Positions 34,161 through 42,625 of a stretch of DNA of 64,000 bases are shown one piece after another. The notes beneath the pieces are model-generated. The model was not told the DNA's origin. It did no database searches and worked only from the letters and a program-made list of their open reading frames with translations. The translations under genes and the position numbers were made by a program. Position 1 is the stretch's first letter, and every line of letters starts with the position of its first letter. The DNA is from a virus (taxonomy: Duplodnaviria > Heunggongvirae > Uroviricota > Caudoviricetes), in the IMG/VR virus record IMGVR_UViG_3300023082_000008, positions 1-64,000 of that record; one strand, written 5' to 3'.

Positions 34161-34358
34161 ATGACCGAGCAGCCCAACTCTTTTCTTGAGGGAATCCAGA
34201 ACGTCATCAAGTGGGCAGAGTTTAATCACGAACTTAAGGCCGCTGTTGATTCGGGCGAGGGTATCGTGCTTGACAGTCAGCAGGTTAAGGCTGTAGCATT
34301 TGGTATCAGCACTTTGGCCCAGGTGGCTAAGGAGTCTGGACTTCTAGACCGCCCGTGA
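34161..34358 (+). CDS. hypothetical protein
   Basis: 65-aa ORF. Confidence 0.45.
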   Translation: MTEQPNSFLEGIQNVIKWAEFNHELKAAVDSGEGIVLDSQQVKAVAFGISTLAQVAKESGLLDRP

Positions 34359-34394
34359 CATCAAATTATTTTCCCCTAACAGTTAGGAAAAGTT

Positions 34395-34565
34395 ATGGAT
34401 AACATCATGCAGGCTCTTAAGTTAATCGAGGATTTTGCGGCTCTTACAGCACGTTTGCAGGAGGCGGAGGATGCCAAGACCGGCATCGAGTTGTCGCTCT
34501 CTGAAATTGGTACGCTGGGTGACGTACTAGAGACATATAATTTTATGTTGAAGAGCCAGGGATGA
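34395..34565 (+). CDS. small hypothetical protein
   Basis: 56-aa ORF with ATGA overlap to the next gene. Confidence 0.35.
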   Translation: MDNIMQALKLIEDFAALTARLQEAEDAKTGIELSLSEIGTLGDVLETYNFMLKSQG

Positions 34566-34720
34566 GTCTCTTCCTGTGGCTGCTGATTTATGCGGCAGTA
34601 GTCACACCCTTCGCCATTTTGATGGTGCCCAAGGTTCACGTATGGACAGCACCGCTGTATTTTGTGCTGATCTTTGCCTCATGTTATGCAGTGTCTTTTG
34701 TGCCCGGTGTGTCTGGTTGA
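34562..34720 (+). CDS. small membrane protein
   Basis: 52-aa ORF with two hydrophobic segments. Confidence 0.35.
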   Translation: MSLFLWLLIYAAVVTPFAILMVPKVHVWTAPLYFVLIFASCYAVSFVPGVSG

Positions 34721-34746
34721 CATACTGCTAGCAGAGATGCTACACT
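34717..34746 (+). promoter_or_regulatory. promoter TTGACA-18-TACACT driving the Thr/Gln tRNA array
   Basis: TTGACA 34717-34722, TACACT 34741-34746. An 11-bp stem hairpin at 34751-34802 forms the leader. Confidence 0.5.
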
Positions 34747-34802
34747 GTACTTACCGGCCCGCAATGATTTGGGCAACCTCTCTACGCGGGTCGGTATTCA
34801 GT

Positions 34803-34873
34803 GCCTCTTTCGCTTAATGGTAAAGCCCGTACCTTGTAAGTACGAGCCGTCAGTTCGATTCTGACAAGAGGCC
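34803..34873 (+). tRNA. tRNA-Thr (anticodon TGT)
   Basis: Acceptor GCCTCTT pairs with AAGAGGC. Anticodon arm CGTAC-CTTGTAA-GTACG. T arm GTCAG-TTCGATT-CTGAC. Confidence 0.8.
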
Positions 34874-34911
34874 CGTAGTCGGAAACAAAGGTTCAATTCC
34901 TTTACACTACT
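34874..34911 (+). other. T-arm/acceptor minihelix (tRNA 3'-half-like) abutting tRNA-Thr, copy 1
   Basis: CGTAGTCGGAAACA-AAGG-TTCAATT-CCTT-TACACTAC. GTAGT pairs with ACTAC. A second copy of the same motif lies at 35341. Confidence 0.45.
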
Positions 34912-35137
34912 GCTCCAAGTGGTCGTGTTAGTTTAATGGCAAAACACCGGCGTTAATTTTGGTAGTAATGTCAGCGCGGTACTTAATGATAGGCCGTGGC
35001 GGTTACTACCGAATAACAAGGACGAATGTCTGAAAGCAACAATAGCCCAATTAGAGGCAGCCTGACAATGGAGTGTCCCACCAATAAGCGTTTAAAGCGG
35101 TGGGTAGTGGTGGTGAAAACCCATCTTGTTGCCAAAT

Positions 35138-35209
35138 GGTTCCTTAGTATCAACGGTAGAACGATTGTTTCGTAATCAATTAGTGTCAGTTCGACTCTGA
35201 CAGGAACCT
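35138..35209 (+). tRNA. tRNA-Thr (anticodon CGT)
   Basis: Acceptor GGTTCCT pairs with AGGAACC. Anticodon arm ATTGT-TTCGTAA-TCAAT. T arm GTCAG-TTCGACT-CTGAC. Confidence 0.65.
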
Positions 35210-35268
35210 CTGGGACTTAATCAGTCTCGCGGGTAAGGTTGGTTGATTACCTTCCAAATCCCGTACCT

Positions 35269-35340
35269 GCCTCAATGGCGCAGTGGTAGCGCACATCCTT
35301 GGTAAGGATGAGGTCATGGGTTCAATCCCCATTTGAGGCT
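35269..35340 (+). tRNA. tRNA-Thr (anticodon GGT)
   Basis: Acceptor GCCTCAA pairs with TTGAGGC. D stem GCGC/GCGC. Anticodon arm CATCC-TTGGTAA-GGATG. T arm ATGGG-TTCAATC-CCCAT. Confidence 0.85.
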
Positions 35341-35379
35341 CGTAGTCGGAAATATAAGGTTCGATTCCTTATGAATGCC
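35341..35379 (+). other. T-arm minihelix, copy 2, followed by a duplicated tRNA 5'-half-like fragment
   Basis: CGTAGTCGGAAATAT-AAGG-TTCGATT-CCTT-ATGAATGC. The downstream TAGTTTAATGGTAAAACACCGGCGTTA matches 34931-34955. Confidence 0.4.
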
Positions 35380-35423
35380 TCATATAAAGGCCTAGTTTAA
35401 TGGTAAAACACCGGCGTTACCAA

Positions 35424-35494
35424 TGGGGGCTGTGCTGGCGCGCAACTCGGACTTTGAATTCGAGCCATGGTAGGATCGAAACCTACGCCCCCAG
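35424..35494 (+). tRNA. tRNA-Gln (anticodon TTG) with A54 T-loop variant; CCA encoded at 35495-35497
   Basis: Acceptor TGGGGGC pairs with GCCCCCA 7 of 7. Anticodon arm TCGGA-CTTTGAA-TTCGA. T arm GTAGG-ATCGAAA-CCTAC. Then G and CCA. Confidence 0.6.
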
Positions 35495-35499
35495 CCATT

Positions 35500-35534
35500 G
35501 GCCTTGATCCTCGCGGGTCAGGGCCATTTCTTTT
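35500..35534 (+). terminator. rho-independent terminator closing the tRNA array
   Basis: GGCCTTGA-TCCTCGCGGG-TCAGGGCC stem followed by ATTTCTTTT. Confidence 0.65.
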
Positions 35535-35549
35535 ACACATAGGAGATAA

Positions 35550-36209
35550 ATGAGCGACTTTACAGATGAAGAACTACGCCGTCTAGGCGAGGAATATCTC
35601 AAAGAGCATCCTGACCTAGTTGAGCGATACTTGGCTGAAAAGGCCAAGGAACGAGCAGATCAGACTGAGACCACAGAAGTACAGGATGCGGCTCTGGTGG
35701 CTTCGGAAAATGAAGAGGTCCAGCCGGTAGCAGAAGATAATCCTGAGCCCGAGAAGACCGGTCTAGAGGCTTACAAGGCCAAGTCAGACGAACTGATCGC
35801 CATTGTCTACCCCGTCTCATGGCCAAGTCCAACAGAGGACGTTCCGAATCCTCACAGCACCTTGATCTTCCTCGGGCCGGTAGAAGATGCTACCTTTACC
35901 AAGGATGACCTTAAGGCTGTACTAAAGGTATTCATTTGGGAGCCTTTCGACGCAGCCCTTGGTGAGGTTAAGATGTTCACAGACGATGACGGTAACGACA
36001 CAATTCCTGTTGTTACCCTGCTGGGTGAGCAGTTGTATGTAAACCGTCAGACGCTTGAGGAAGAACTTGGAAAGCATGGTATCAAGGATGCTTCTGAACA
36101 TGAGTACAGTCCTCACATTACCGTCGATCCCGTGTCCATGCAGTCCGTTCCTCTCATGAGCGTTCGTCTGGGCAAGCCTCAAATCTGGTGGGGCACTGAT
36201 CGTGGCTGA
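35550..36209 (+). CDS. 2H phosphoesterase (LigT / cyclic phosphodiesterase-like) with acidic N-terminal extension
   Basis: Two H-x-T/S-x motifs (PHSTLIFLG and SPHITVDP) with the spacing typical of 2',3'-cyclic phosphodiesterase / 2'-5' RNA ligase family. 219 aa. Confidence 0.55.
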   Translation: MSDFTDEELRRLGEEYLKEHPDLVERYLAEKAKERADQTETTEVQDAALVASENEEVQPVAEDNPEPEKTGLEAYKAKSDELIAIVYPVSWPSPTEDVPNPHSTLIFLGPVEDATFTKDDLKAVLKVFIWEPFDAALGEVKMFTDDDGNDTIPVVTLLGEQLYVNRQTLEEELGKHGIKDASEHEYSPHITVDPVSMQSVPLMSVRLGKPQIWWGTDRG

Positions 36210-36651
36210 TCCAAAATTTTTGGTTCCTTGGTTTACAGAATTTTTTAGTTCCAAGCGTTGGTATGATGGTTCATTCCATCAAAGGGTAAATCGTACATTG
36301 CCAAATCAAGGCCGTCTCTTAAATGGTGGACTGGACGAAGAGGGTAATAAGTGTTGGGCGGTACGCTTGGACTTTGAGGTTGATATGGATATTAATGGGC
36401 TCGGTCCGTCCAATCAGGAGGCTCGTCGTCAAATGATTGAGGTTATGGCTAAAGACATGGCAGACCTCGTGGTTAATGGAAATCGTTCCGGTACCGACCC
36501 GCATCTTAAGATGTATGATGGTGAAAAGCGCACCGGGCTGCAATTAGTAGATTTTGAATCTAACCATGTTGTGTACTACAAGGTTCCCAAGCCCAAGAAG
36601 CACACTATTGAATATAACGCTTGGACGATCATCAAGCCCGTCTTCAAGTGA
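36202..36651 (+). CDS. hypothetical protein
   Basis: 149-aa ORF whose start overlaps the upstream stop. Confidence 0.55.
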   Translation: MADPKFLVPWFTEFFSSKRWYDGSFHQRVNRTLPNQGRLLNGGLDEEGNKCWAVRLDFEVDMDINGLGPSNQEARRQMIEVMAKDMADLVVNGNRSGTDPHLKMYDGEKRTGLQLVDFESNHVVYYKVPKPKKHTIEYNAWTIIKPVFK

Positions 36652-36702
36652 CTAAAGTCCCTTTGTTTGCAATCTAAAAATACCCAATGGTATAATTAAA
36701 GA

Positions 36703-37128
36703 ATGAAGATTAAATGGGATAATTTTGCAAAGGGTAGCGGCGATGCGCCAATTAACCCATTTATGTATGTTTTTACGTACATAACCGCCGTGTTCGGCAT
36801 CTGTTTTACATTCTTTCCTCACGTTTCAGGAGCATATCAGACATTCCTTTACGAACTGACAACCCTCCAAACGCAAGAGTTTACTACAAGTATTTGGGGA
36901 CTTTGTGCTATTGTAGCCGTTGTTATTGGTCTGGTGGCTCTCAACTACCGCAAGCGCTGGATGGGTAATGCCGCGTCCATGTTTGGTTTCTTGGTATGGT
37001 TGTTTGCTGCTGTGACATATGCTGTGGGAGGATTTTGGTTTGGCTTTCTTGTGGCAGCCCTGCCAAACGTTTACTTCTGGGCATGGATGTATTTCAAAAC
37101 GGAGCAGTATCATCGTAGATACGGCTAA
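36703..37128 (+). CDS. polytopic membrane protein, family paralogue 2
   Basis: Four TM helices. C-terminal YFWAWMYF...YHRRYG matches the family motif. Confidence 0.6.
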   Translation: MKIKWDNFAKGSGDAPINPFMYVFTYITAVFGICFTFFPHVSGAYQTFLYELTTLQTQEFTTSIWGLCAIVAVVIGLVALNYRKRWMGNAASMFGFLVWLFAAVTYAVGGFWFGFLVAALPNVYFWAWMYFKTEQYHRRYG

Positions 37129-37607
37129 TGACTATTAAGCGCGCTTGGCACAGACTTAGATATTTACACGGCAAGCAAACAGTCAATCCGCTTTTATACA
37201 TTTTTGTGTACTTTTCATTCATTACCGGCTTGGCTTTTACATATCTGACGTTGGCCGGTACGGAGCACGGTTTAACCATGTACCAAGTCATGCTAGACTC
37301 GGCAGGATACGGCGGAACGCTCATGTGGGGTGTTCTGATGACTCTGGCAGCCATTGGAATTGTCGCCTCGCTAATCCTTCGCACACGTATTATTGCGGAG
37401 AGCACGGCGTTTCTTGGATTCGGTCTATGGTTCTGCCTTGGCTGGGTCTATGGACTTGATGGCTACCTAGATGGTATACTCATCACAGTTGTGCCTAACA
37501 TTGCTTTTTGGGTCTGGTTTAGTTTGAGGATTGAGTGGTACCGTCGCGTGGTTGTGCCGGTAAGAAAGCAGCAGCGAAGTGTTGACATGTACAACGATGG
37601 CTGCTAG
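37128..37607 (+). CDS. polytopic membrane protein, family paralogue 3 (tandem)
   Basis: Same topology, with AFWVWFSLRIEWYRR at the C-terminus. ATGA-type overlap with paralogue 2. Confidence 0.6.
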   Translation: MTIKRAWHRLRYLHGKQTVNPLLYIFVYFSFITGLAFTYLTLAGTEHGLTMYQVMLDSAGYGGTLMWGVLMTLAAIGIVASLILRTRIIAESTAFLGFGLWFCLGWVYGLDGYLDGILITVVPNIAFWVWFSLRIEWYRRVVVPVRKQQRSVDMYNDGC

Positions 37608-37620
37608 ACTGGTGGTTCAA
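37592..37620 (+). promoter_or_regulatory. promoter TTGACA-17-TAGACT
   Basis: TTGACA 37592-37597, TAGACT 37615-37620. Drives tRNA-Leu(TAA). Confidence 0.55.
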
Positions 37621-37658
37621 GGGCTGGGTAACCCTTGTAAAAATTTAACTGCCCGCTT

Positions 37659-37742
37659 GCCTGAGTGGTGGAATGGTATACACCGTCGCCTTAAAAGCGA
37701 CCGAGATTTAATCTCATGCGGGTTCGACCCCCGTCTTAGGCA
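37659..37742 (+). tRNA. tRNA-Leu (anticodon TAA), class II
   Basis: Acceptor GCCTGAG pairs with CTTAGGC. Anticodon arm GTCGC-CTTAAAA-GCGAC. Variable arm GAGAT-TTA-ATCTC. T arm GCGGG-TTCGACC-CCCGT. Confidence 0.8.
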
Positions 37743-37766
37743 CTTCTACAACAGTTAGGAACCGTC

Positions 37767-38228
37767 ATGTTTTTCATCAATCCTGTTCACAAGTTCATGA
37801 CCTACGCGTCCATGCTTGTCGGCGCTGTTGCGATGATGTTCTCGCTTACGGCCTGTTCTGACTATGAGAATGTGAGTGAGACTTATCCGCTCCGTGAGAT
37901 TGTTCTAGGCAACCAGAAAGATATGAATGGCAGTTACTTCCTGATTGCGGGCGGTGTAGGAAAGCACACGAACGCCTATTACCAGTTCTATGTAGAATCT
38001 CCTGATGGTACAATTGCTCTGCATAAGAACAAGGCAGAGGACGTGACGTTGCGTCTGCGCAAGGAAGGTACCAAGCCTTTTATCAAGTGCTCCGGTGATC
38101 GTATTGATATTCAGCCCGGAGAGCGCTACGATTTTAATGGATCATACACCAAGTACCACTGCGTGTTCAATGTGCCTGAGTCTGCTATCGGTACGACTGT
38201 TGATATCGACATTACAAAGGTAAAGTGA
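37767..38228 (+). CDS. lipoprotein
   Basis: Signal peptide with lipobox: MLVGAVAMMFSLTAC. 153 aa. Confidence 0.6.
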   Translation: MFFINPVHKFMTYASMLVGAVAMMFSLTACSDYENVSETYPLREIVLGNQKDMNGSYFLIAGGVGKHTNAYYQFYVESPDGTIALHKNKAEDVTLRLRKEGTKPFIKCSGDRIDIQPGERYDFNGSYTKYHCVFNVPESAIGTTVDIDITKVK

Positions 38229-38393
38229 TGAATCCCCTACTTAAGAATGACCTCAAGGCTCTTGTCAAGGAGTACACCGATCAGCGTGGCGAAGAAAACG
38301 GTACCCAGTGGGGCTATGCCCGTGGTACATCGTTCGATGACTTTTGCGATTGGCTCAATGGTAAGCCCACGAACAACAACAGGAGTTATTGAT
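38229..38393 (+). CDS. small hypothetical protein (54 aa)
   Basis: Operon-consistent small ORF. The overlapping - strand track ORF is rejected. Confidence 0.35.
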
Positions 38394-38494
38394 GAGCGAA
38401 TGCTCTTGCAATGGACATAGCCCACGTCCTGTAGTAAAGTGGACCATGTATGGGCCACCTATTCCCCGAGTTGAATGGTATTGTGAGGATTTTT

Positions 38495-38725
38495 ATGTTT
38501 GAGCCGCTGGTTGAAGATATTCAGGTGCAGATTGACATTGTCGAAGGCTTTATTGCCGTGGCCAAGGCTAAGGGTAAGACGCTGCAAATGTTCGGCCTAC
38601 AGGACGTGCGCCTTGAACTTATGCGAGCGCGTGACAACGTCAAGGAAGCCGGTAGGAAGGTAGAAGACGTGCACGCCCTAGACAAGAAACTGAATAAGAC
38701 CAAGGTCTTGACTTCAACCTCCTGA
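38495..38725 (+). CDS. hypothetical protein
   Basis: ATG at 38495 after a TGAGGA ribosome-binding site. 76 aa. Confidence 0.45.
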   Translation: MFEPLVEDIQVQIDIVEGFIAVAKAKGKTLQMFGLQDVRLELMRARDNVKEAGRKVEDVHALDKKLNKTKVLTSTS

Positions 38726-38736
38726 CCTGCTAATAT
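38708..38736 (+). promoter_or_regulatory. promoter TTGACT-17-TAATAT
   Basis: TTGACT 38708-38713, TAATAT 38731-38736. Confidence 0.45.
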
Positions 38737-38742
38737 AGACAC

Positions 38743-38922
38743 ATGAGAAACATTAAGGGTAATTCCCTCTTCGCTAATGCGTACGTGCGAGACGGTGAGC
38801 ACACGTACTACAAGGACGCAATGCTCATTGCAGTTCTTTCACACACTCACGGTGACAGCCGTGAAGGTGCGCAGGGCAAGATTCTGCGCAAGATGCTAGA
38901 CGACGTTAACCTAGATGGTTGA
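38743..38922 (+). CDS. small hypothetical protein (59 aa)
   Basis: ORF MRNIKGNSLFANAYVRDGEHTYY... with stop overlapping the next start. Confidence 0.4.
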   Translation: MRNIKGNSLFANAYVRDGEHTYYKDAMLIAVLSHTHGDSREGAQGKILRKMLDDVNLDG

Positions 38923-39862
38923 CGCATACGGGCATGAACTAGACTTCAATGGCTGGACTGATGAGGTTTGGGCCATTCATGTCAAGCAACAGAAAAATTT
39001 GGCATTGCTTATAGGCATGCCATTCGAAGAGCCTGAGAGGCCGGTACAAGAGGTGACAAATCCCGAGGTAATGATCATTGGTGACACCCATGGCGATCTA
39101 AATGAGTACATGAAGTTGCTCAAAATCGCCAAGAGCGAGGGTGTCACGAAGATTTTTCAGGCTGGCGACTGCGGTCTATTTCCTGCATTCCCCGGCTACG
39201 CCCAGTGGCTTGATGCTATTCAGGAGGAAAGTTCTTCACTTGGTATCAAGAATTACTGGATTCGTGGAAACCATGATGACCCTGACGAGTGGCAGCACGT
39301 GATTGATCGTCATGCCACCACCAATGGCTGGGGCACGCTACGCTCCACTATCTTCCTCGCACCCCGCGTACACTACTTCAAGCACAATGGCGTAAGATTC
39401 CTGGGAGTGGGCGGCGCGGTAAGCATTGACAAGGTGAGTCGTCTGGCCCGTGAGCGCAAGCCCGGTACTGAGTGGTGGCCTAACGAAATCATCACGGTTG
39501 AGGACGTAGCCGCCGTTGAGCGCCGTCACATCGACGTTCTTATTACTCACGAGTGTAGCAACTACACCCATTTCCATGGCCGTGTGAAAAACGATTCTGA
39601 CAGTGAGAGCAACCGTCGTCGTCTTGACGAGGTGCTTAAGCGCAGCACACCGGACTGGCATTTCCACGGTCACATGCACACTAAGTACGATTGGGACAAC
39701 TACATGGTTCACGAGATGAATCATAACACCCGCACAATCGGACTTGAGTGCAATCAGGACGCTATGTGGCACAACGGTCCGAGCACCGGCAATAACTGGG
39801 GTATCTTTGATACCAACACGTTGACGTGGCGCTGGCAGGGTAAGTTCAACGATCCAAAGTAA
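38915..39862 (+). CDS. calcineurin-like metallophosphoesterase
   Basis: Phosphoesterase motifs GDTHGD, GDCG and GNHD in canonical order. 315 aa. Confidence 0.75.
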   Translation: MVDAYGHELDFNGWTDEVWAIHVKQQKNLALLIGMPFEEPERPVQEVTNPEVMIIGDTHGDLNEYMKLLKIAKSEGVTKIFQAGDCGLFPAFPGYAQWLDAIQEESSSLGIKNYWIRGNHDDPDEWQHVIDRHATTNGWGTLRSTIFLAPRVHYFKHNGVRFLGVGGAVSIDKVSRLARERKPGTEWWPNEIITVEDVAAVERRHIDVLITHECSNYTHFHGRVKNDSDSESNRRRLDEVLKRSTPDWHFHGHMHTKYDWDNYMVHEMNHNTRTIGLECNQDAMWHNGPSTGNNWGIFDTNTLTWRWQGKFNDPK

Positions 39863-39941
39863 GGTAATAGTTAGACACAATGGTACCGGCTGGAAGATGG
39901 TCGGTACCATTGTGCATTCCAAAGAAAGAAAAGGGAAAATA

Positions 39942-40157
39942 ATGCGCGTTACATGGGATGAGTCCGATAAGTTCGTCGCAGAGCAGCAGGCCAAGGGAAA
40001 TGATTTCCATTGGGACGGGTACGAGATTGTACATTTCGATCCGCACCCGGCTGGCTTCTACAAGGGCGTGTACCGTAATGGCGAGTACGGTTTTGAAAAG
40101 CGCTTTGAAGTCAACGCCAAGGGTGATTATCACATCACTAGGAGATTAACCACATGA
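39942..40157 (+). CDS. hypothetical protein
   Basis: ATG at 39942 with an AAAGGGAAAATA ribosome-binding site. Confidence 0.45.
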   Translation: MRVTWDESDKFVAEQQAKGNDFHWDGYEIVHFDPHPAGFYKGVYRNGEYGFEKRFEVNAKGDYHITRRLTT

Positions 40158-40291
40158 AGCACAAGAAAGACATAGTAAAAGTAGAAAGACAGGCATTGCT
40201 TGATATTTTTCGCTTTGCCAGAGATGAAGGTCCAAATGACATCACATTCCAAATGTCATTGCTGGACGTTGCGGAGGCGCTGTCCAAGTGA
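40154..40291 (+). CDS. small hypothetical protein (45 aa)
   Basis: ATGA overlap. Operon-consistent. Confidence 0.3.
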   Translation: MKHKKDIVKVERQALLDIFRFARDEGPNDITFQMSLLDVAEALSK

Positions 40292-40560
40292 GTTGGAGAG
40301 ATTTCGCACTATGTCAGTCAGGAGTTCCCGTCGAACACTTCTTCGATACGTACAAGGATGATGAGGCAGTAGCCAAGGCAGTTGATGCAATGTGCATCTC
40401 CTGCCCGGTCTTCCAGCAGTGCAATGAAGAGGCGATGCAGAACAAGGAATACGGCGTATGGGCCGGTATCTTTCGAAAGAATGGTATGCCATATAAAAAA
40501 AGAAACATGCACAAGACGCCAGAGGTATGGGCAGCAATTAAGGAACGTATTGAAGAATGA
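40288..40560 (+). CDS. whiB: WhiB-like (Wbl) Fe-S transcription factor
   Basis: Four Cys in the Wbl spacing (C...C-x2-C-x5-C: ALCQSG...CISCPVFQQC), followed by the G-[VI]-W-[AG]-G turn (GVWAGI). This family is restricted to Actinobacteria and their phages. GTG start. Confidence 0.65.
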   Translation: MSWRDFALCQSGVPVEHFFDTYKDDEAVAKAVDAMCISCPVFQQCNEEAMQNKEYGVWAGIFRKNGMPYKKRNMHKTPEVWAAIKERIEE

Positions 40561-40793
40561 TTTTTCATAGTACATTTGTTCAAAACGAATTAGATATTTT
40601 GATTAAAGACGTACCAGAGTTAGTTATTGGTATGAGGGAAGAAAATGAAACTTTTATTCTTATTCTACCCAACAGTTTCGATAATCTTCCAACACTGGCC
40701 CGTGTTAGTGCATTCCATAAAATAAACGGAATGATGCAGAGGCTAACAGCAGCCGGTATTCGTGTATCCATGGAACGTACAAACATGGTATAA
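40557..40793 (+). CDS. hypothetical protein
   Basis: 78-aa ORF with ATGA overlap. Confidence 0.45.
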   Translation: MIFHSTFVQNELDILIKDVPELVIGMREENETFILILPNSFDNLPTLARVSAFHKINGMMQRLTAAGIRVSMERTNMV

Positions 40794-40830
40794 TTGACAT
40801 TCACCCAAAATCATAGCAAGTAGGAGTTAA

Positions 40831-41067
40831 ATGAGCAACGTCAAGTGCACATCGTGTGGAGAGCAGCGCTTCGAACTCAAGAATGTTCAGTCAAAACTGC
40901 TTCCCTCAATGAAGTTTCTGATGTGCACACAGTGCATCACCAAGGGATGGGAGCCAAGATGGGCGATCATCATGGCAGGACAGCAGTTCGGCAACGACTT
41001 GATTAAGTCGTATATCTCTAAAGGTAAGTATCATGGAGAAAAGATTTTACTAGAAGAAGTTCTTTAG
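40831..41067 (+). CDS. zinc-ribbon hypothetical protein
   Basis: CTSCG...CTQC pair of CxxC. Confidence 0.5.
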   Translation: MSNVKCTSCGEQRFELKNVQSKLLPSMKFLMCTQCITKGWEPRWAIIMAGQQFGNDLIKSYISKGKYHGEKILLEEVL

Positions 41068-41140
41068 TTCATTTTGAAGTAGGACCAGCAGCATGTTAAA
41101 ATTAAGGCATGAACACCGCCGAGATTCTCCCTAACCCACA

Positions 41141-41491
41141 ATGTCAACTGCCCTAATTGTGCTTGTTGGCACTCTATTCGGCGGGGCGGGGCTGAAACTA
41201 CTAGAGTTGCTCTGGTCCAGATTTCAAGAGGGCCGACTTGAGCGTAAAGCCGCTAATCAGCGGTTTGAATTACGTGCTCAAGAACTACAAGACAAGCAAT
41301 TGGAAGGTCTTGCAGAAACATTAAAAACAGCGCAAGATAATTTACGAGCAGCAGAAGCAGAAATTGATAAATGGCGCGAAGAATATTTCGATGTTCGTAC
41401 CGAACAACTCAAGCAACTGGCTGACCTACAGGCAGCACTTCTCAAGATTAAGGAGTTGGAGAATGAAATTAACCGACTCAAGAGTATTTAG
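41141..41491 (+). CDS. membrane-anchored coiled-coil protein
   Basis: N-terminal TM helix ALIVLVGTLFGGAGL followed by a long heptad-rich helix. Confidence 0.55.
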   Translation: MSTALIVLVGTLFGGAGLKLLELLWSRFQEGRLERKAANQRFELRAQELQDKQLEGLAETLKTAQDNLRAAEAEIDKWREEYFDVRTEQLKQLADLQAALLKIKELENEINRLKSI

Positions 41492-41690
41492 CAGAAACGA
41501 AGATCGCTGTGACCGCTGCGGAGCCGAGGCTATGTATGCAGCGGTTCACAGCGACTCTGAATTGGAATTGCTGTTTTGTGTCCATCACTTCACATCCAAC
41601 AGCAGCGCATTGATTCAGCAAGGATTCCTGTTCATCAAGAATCCCAAGGCAATCGCCCACACACAGGGCTTGACCGGCGTCACATCGTAG
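41463..41690 (+). CDS. hypothetical Cys-containing protein
   Basis: In-frame ATG (MKLTDSRV...) overlapping the upstream gene end. Confidence 0.4.
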   Translation: MKLTDSRVFSRNEDRCDRCGAEAMYAAVHSDSELELLFCVHHFTSNSSALIQQGFLFIKNPKAIAHTQGLTGVTS

Positions 41691-41697
41691 TGTAGAG
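41669..41697 (+). promoter_or_regulatory. promoter TTGACC-17-TAGAGT
   Basis: TTGACC 41669-41674, TAGAGT 41692-41697. Confidence 0.4.
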
Positions 41698-41705
41698 TCA
41701 TCTGC

Positions 41706-42215
41706 ATGATGACAACAGACCAGCGCAAGGCGCTATTTGACACCTACCGCGATCCTGATGCCACACAGGCAGCCAAGGACGAGGCTAAGCGTGCTCTCCT
41801 ACAGGATGCCGAAGAGCAGAGGAATGCTCAGGTGGAGGCCAATAAGCGTTTTCTAGAGACGTATGAGCCCCGAGACGAATTCGAGCGACGCACCTTTGAG
41901 CGTGCCAAGAAAACCAATACTCACATTATGAATGCATCCGTGCCTCGTGGCTGGAACAAGCGCGTCGATGGTCTGGTCGATGAGATTCTCTACCTTGACC
42001 CGAACGCAACCTTCTCTCAGTTCAAGAGTAAATTCGGTGTACTGCGAGTCTACGGCACATTTAACGAGGCCGCTCAGAACGCTGTCAGGCAGGCTGAGGC
42101 CGACTGTGAGTCGCTGTGCTTCTGGTGTGGTGACCACGCCGAGGACCGTTGGAACTCCGAGCCTGCTTGTGCCAACCACAAGAAGGGTGTGTTTGATCCT
42201 CATGACGAATACTAA
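41706..42215 (+). CDS. hypothetical protein
   Basis: 169-aa ORF. Confidence 0.55.
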   Translation: MMTTDQRKALFDTYRDPDATQAAKDEAKRALLQDAEEQRNAQVEANKRFLETYEPRDEFERRTFERAKKTNTHIMNASVPRGWNKRVDGLVDEILYLDPNATFSQFKSKFGVLRVYGTFNEAAQNAVRQAEADCESLCFWCGDHAEDRWNSEPACANHKKGVFDPHDEY

Positions 42216-42454
42216 GACCATCATGCTACCGCCCGTCGCGCCGGTATTGACAGACCTCAAACAGTACGAGGATAATCTTTACCAACGCATCCGACAGGCC
42301 ATTGAAAATGCTAGGAGACTACGATGACACCAAGCCAGCAGGCACAGATTGACAAGTGGCAGAAGGAACTGCTAGAGTCTCAGAACAGCGGAGAGTACAC
42401 GGCCATGTCTATTCTGCTCATTCGACTGGACACACTACAGAAGTTGGGATTGCT

Positions 42455-42625
42455 ATGAACGCTCGTACGGTTGGTAGGTTAGAGGATATCCGGTCTTCTA
42501 TGTTTGTTGCCGCGAACGAATACCCCGACATGCCCACGGATGAGTGGAGTGCTTTGGCTCGAATGATTGGAACGCTTGACTCAATGATCAACAAGTATTG
42601 GATGGACTATAATGCTGGCCTATGA
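42455..42625 (+). CDS. small hypothetical protein
   Basis: ATG at 42455. Two smaller ORFs at 42206-42340 and 42324-42458 precede it. Confidence 0.35.
   Translation: MNARTVGRLEDIRSSMFVAANEYPDMPTDEWSALARMIGTLDSMINKYWMDYNAGL

Noticed and set aside
34874-34960. Circularly permuted tRNA (3' half preceding 5' half)
   Set aside because: Acceptor strands pair 6 of 7 and a D arm is present, but no anticodon stem can be formed. Treated as a degenerate fragment.
38237-38458. - strand ORF of 73 aa
   Set aside because: Opposite to the flanking + strand operon and overlapping two small + strand ORFs with proper stop-start overlaps.
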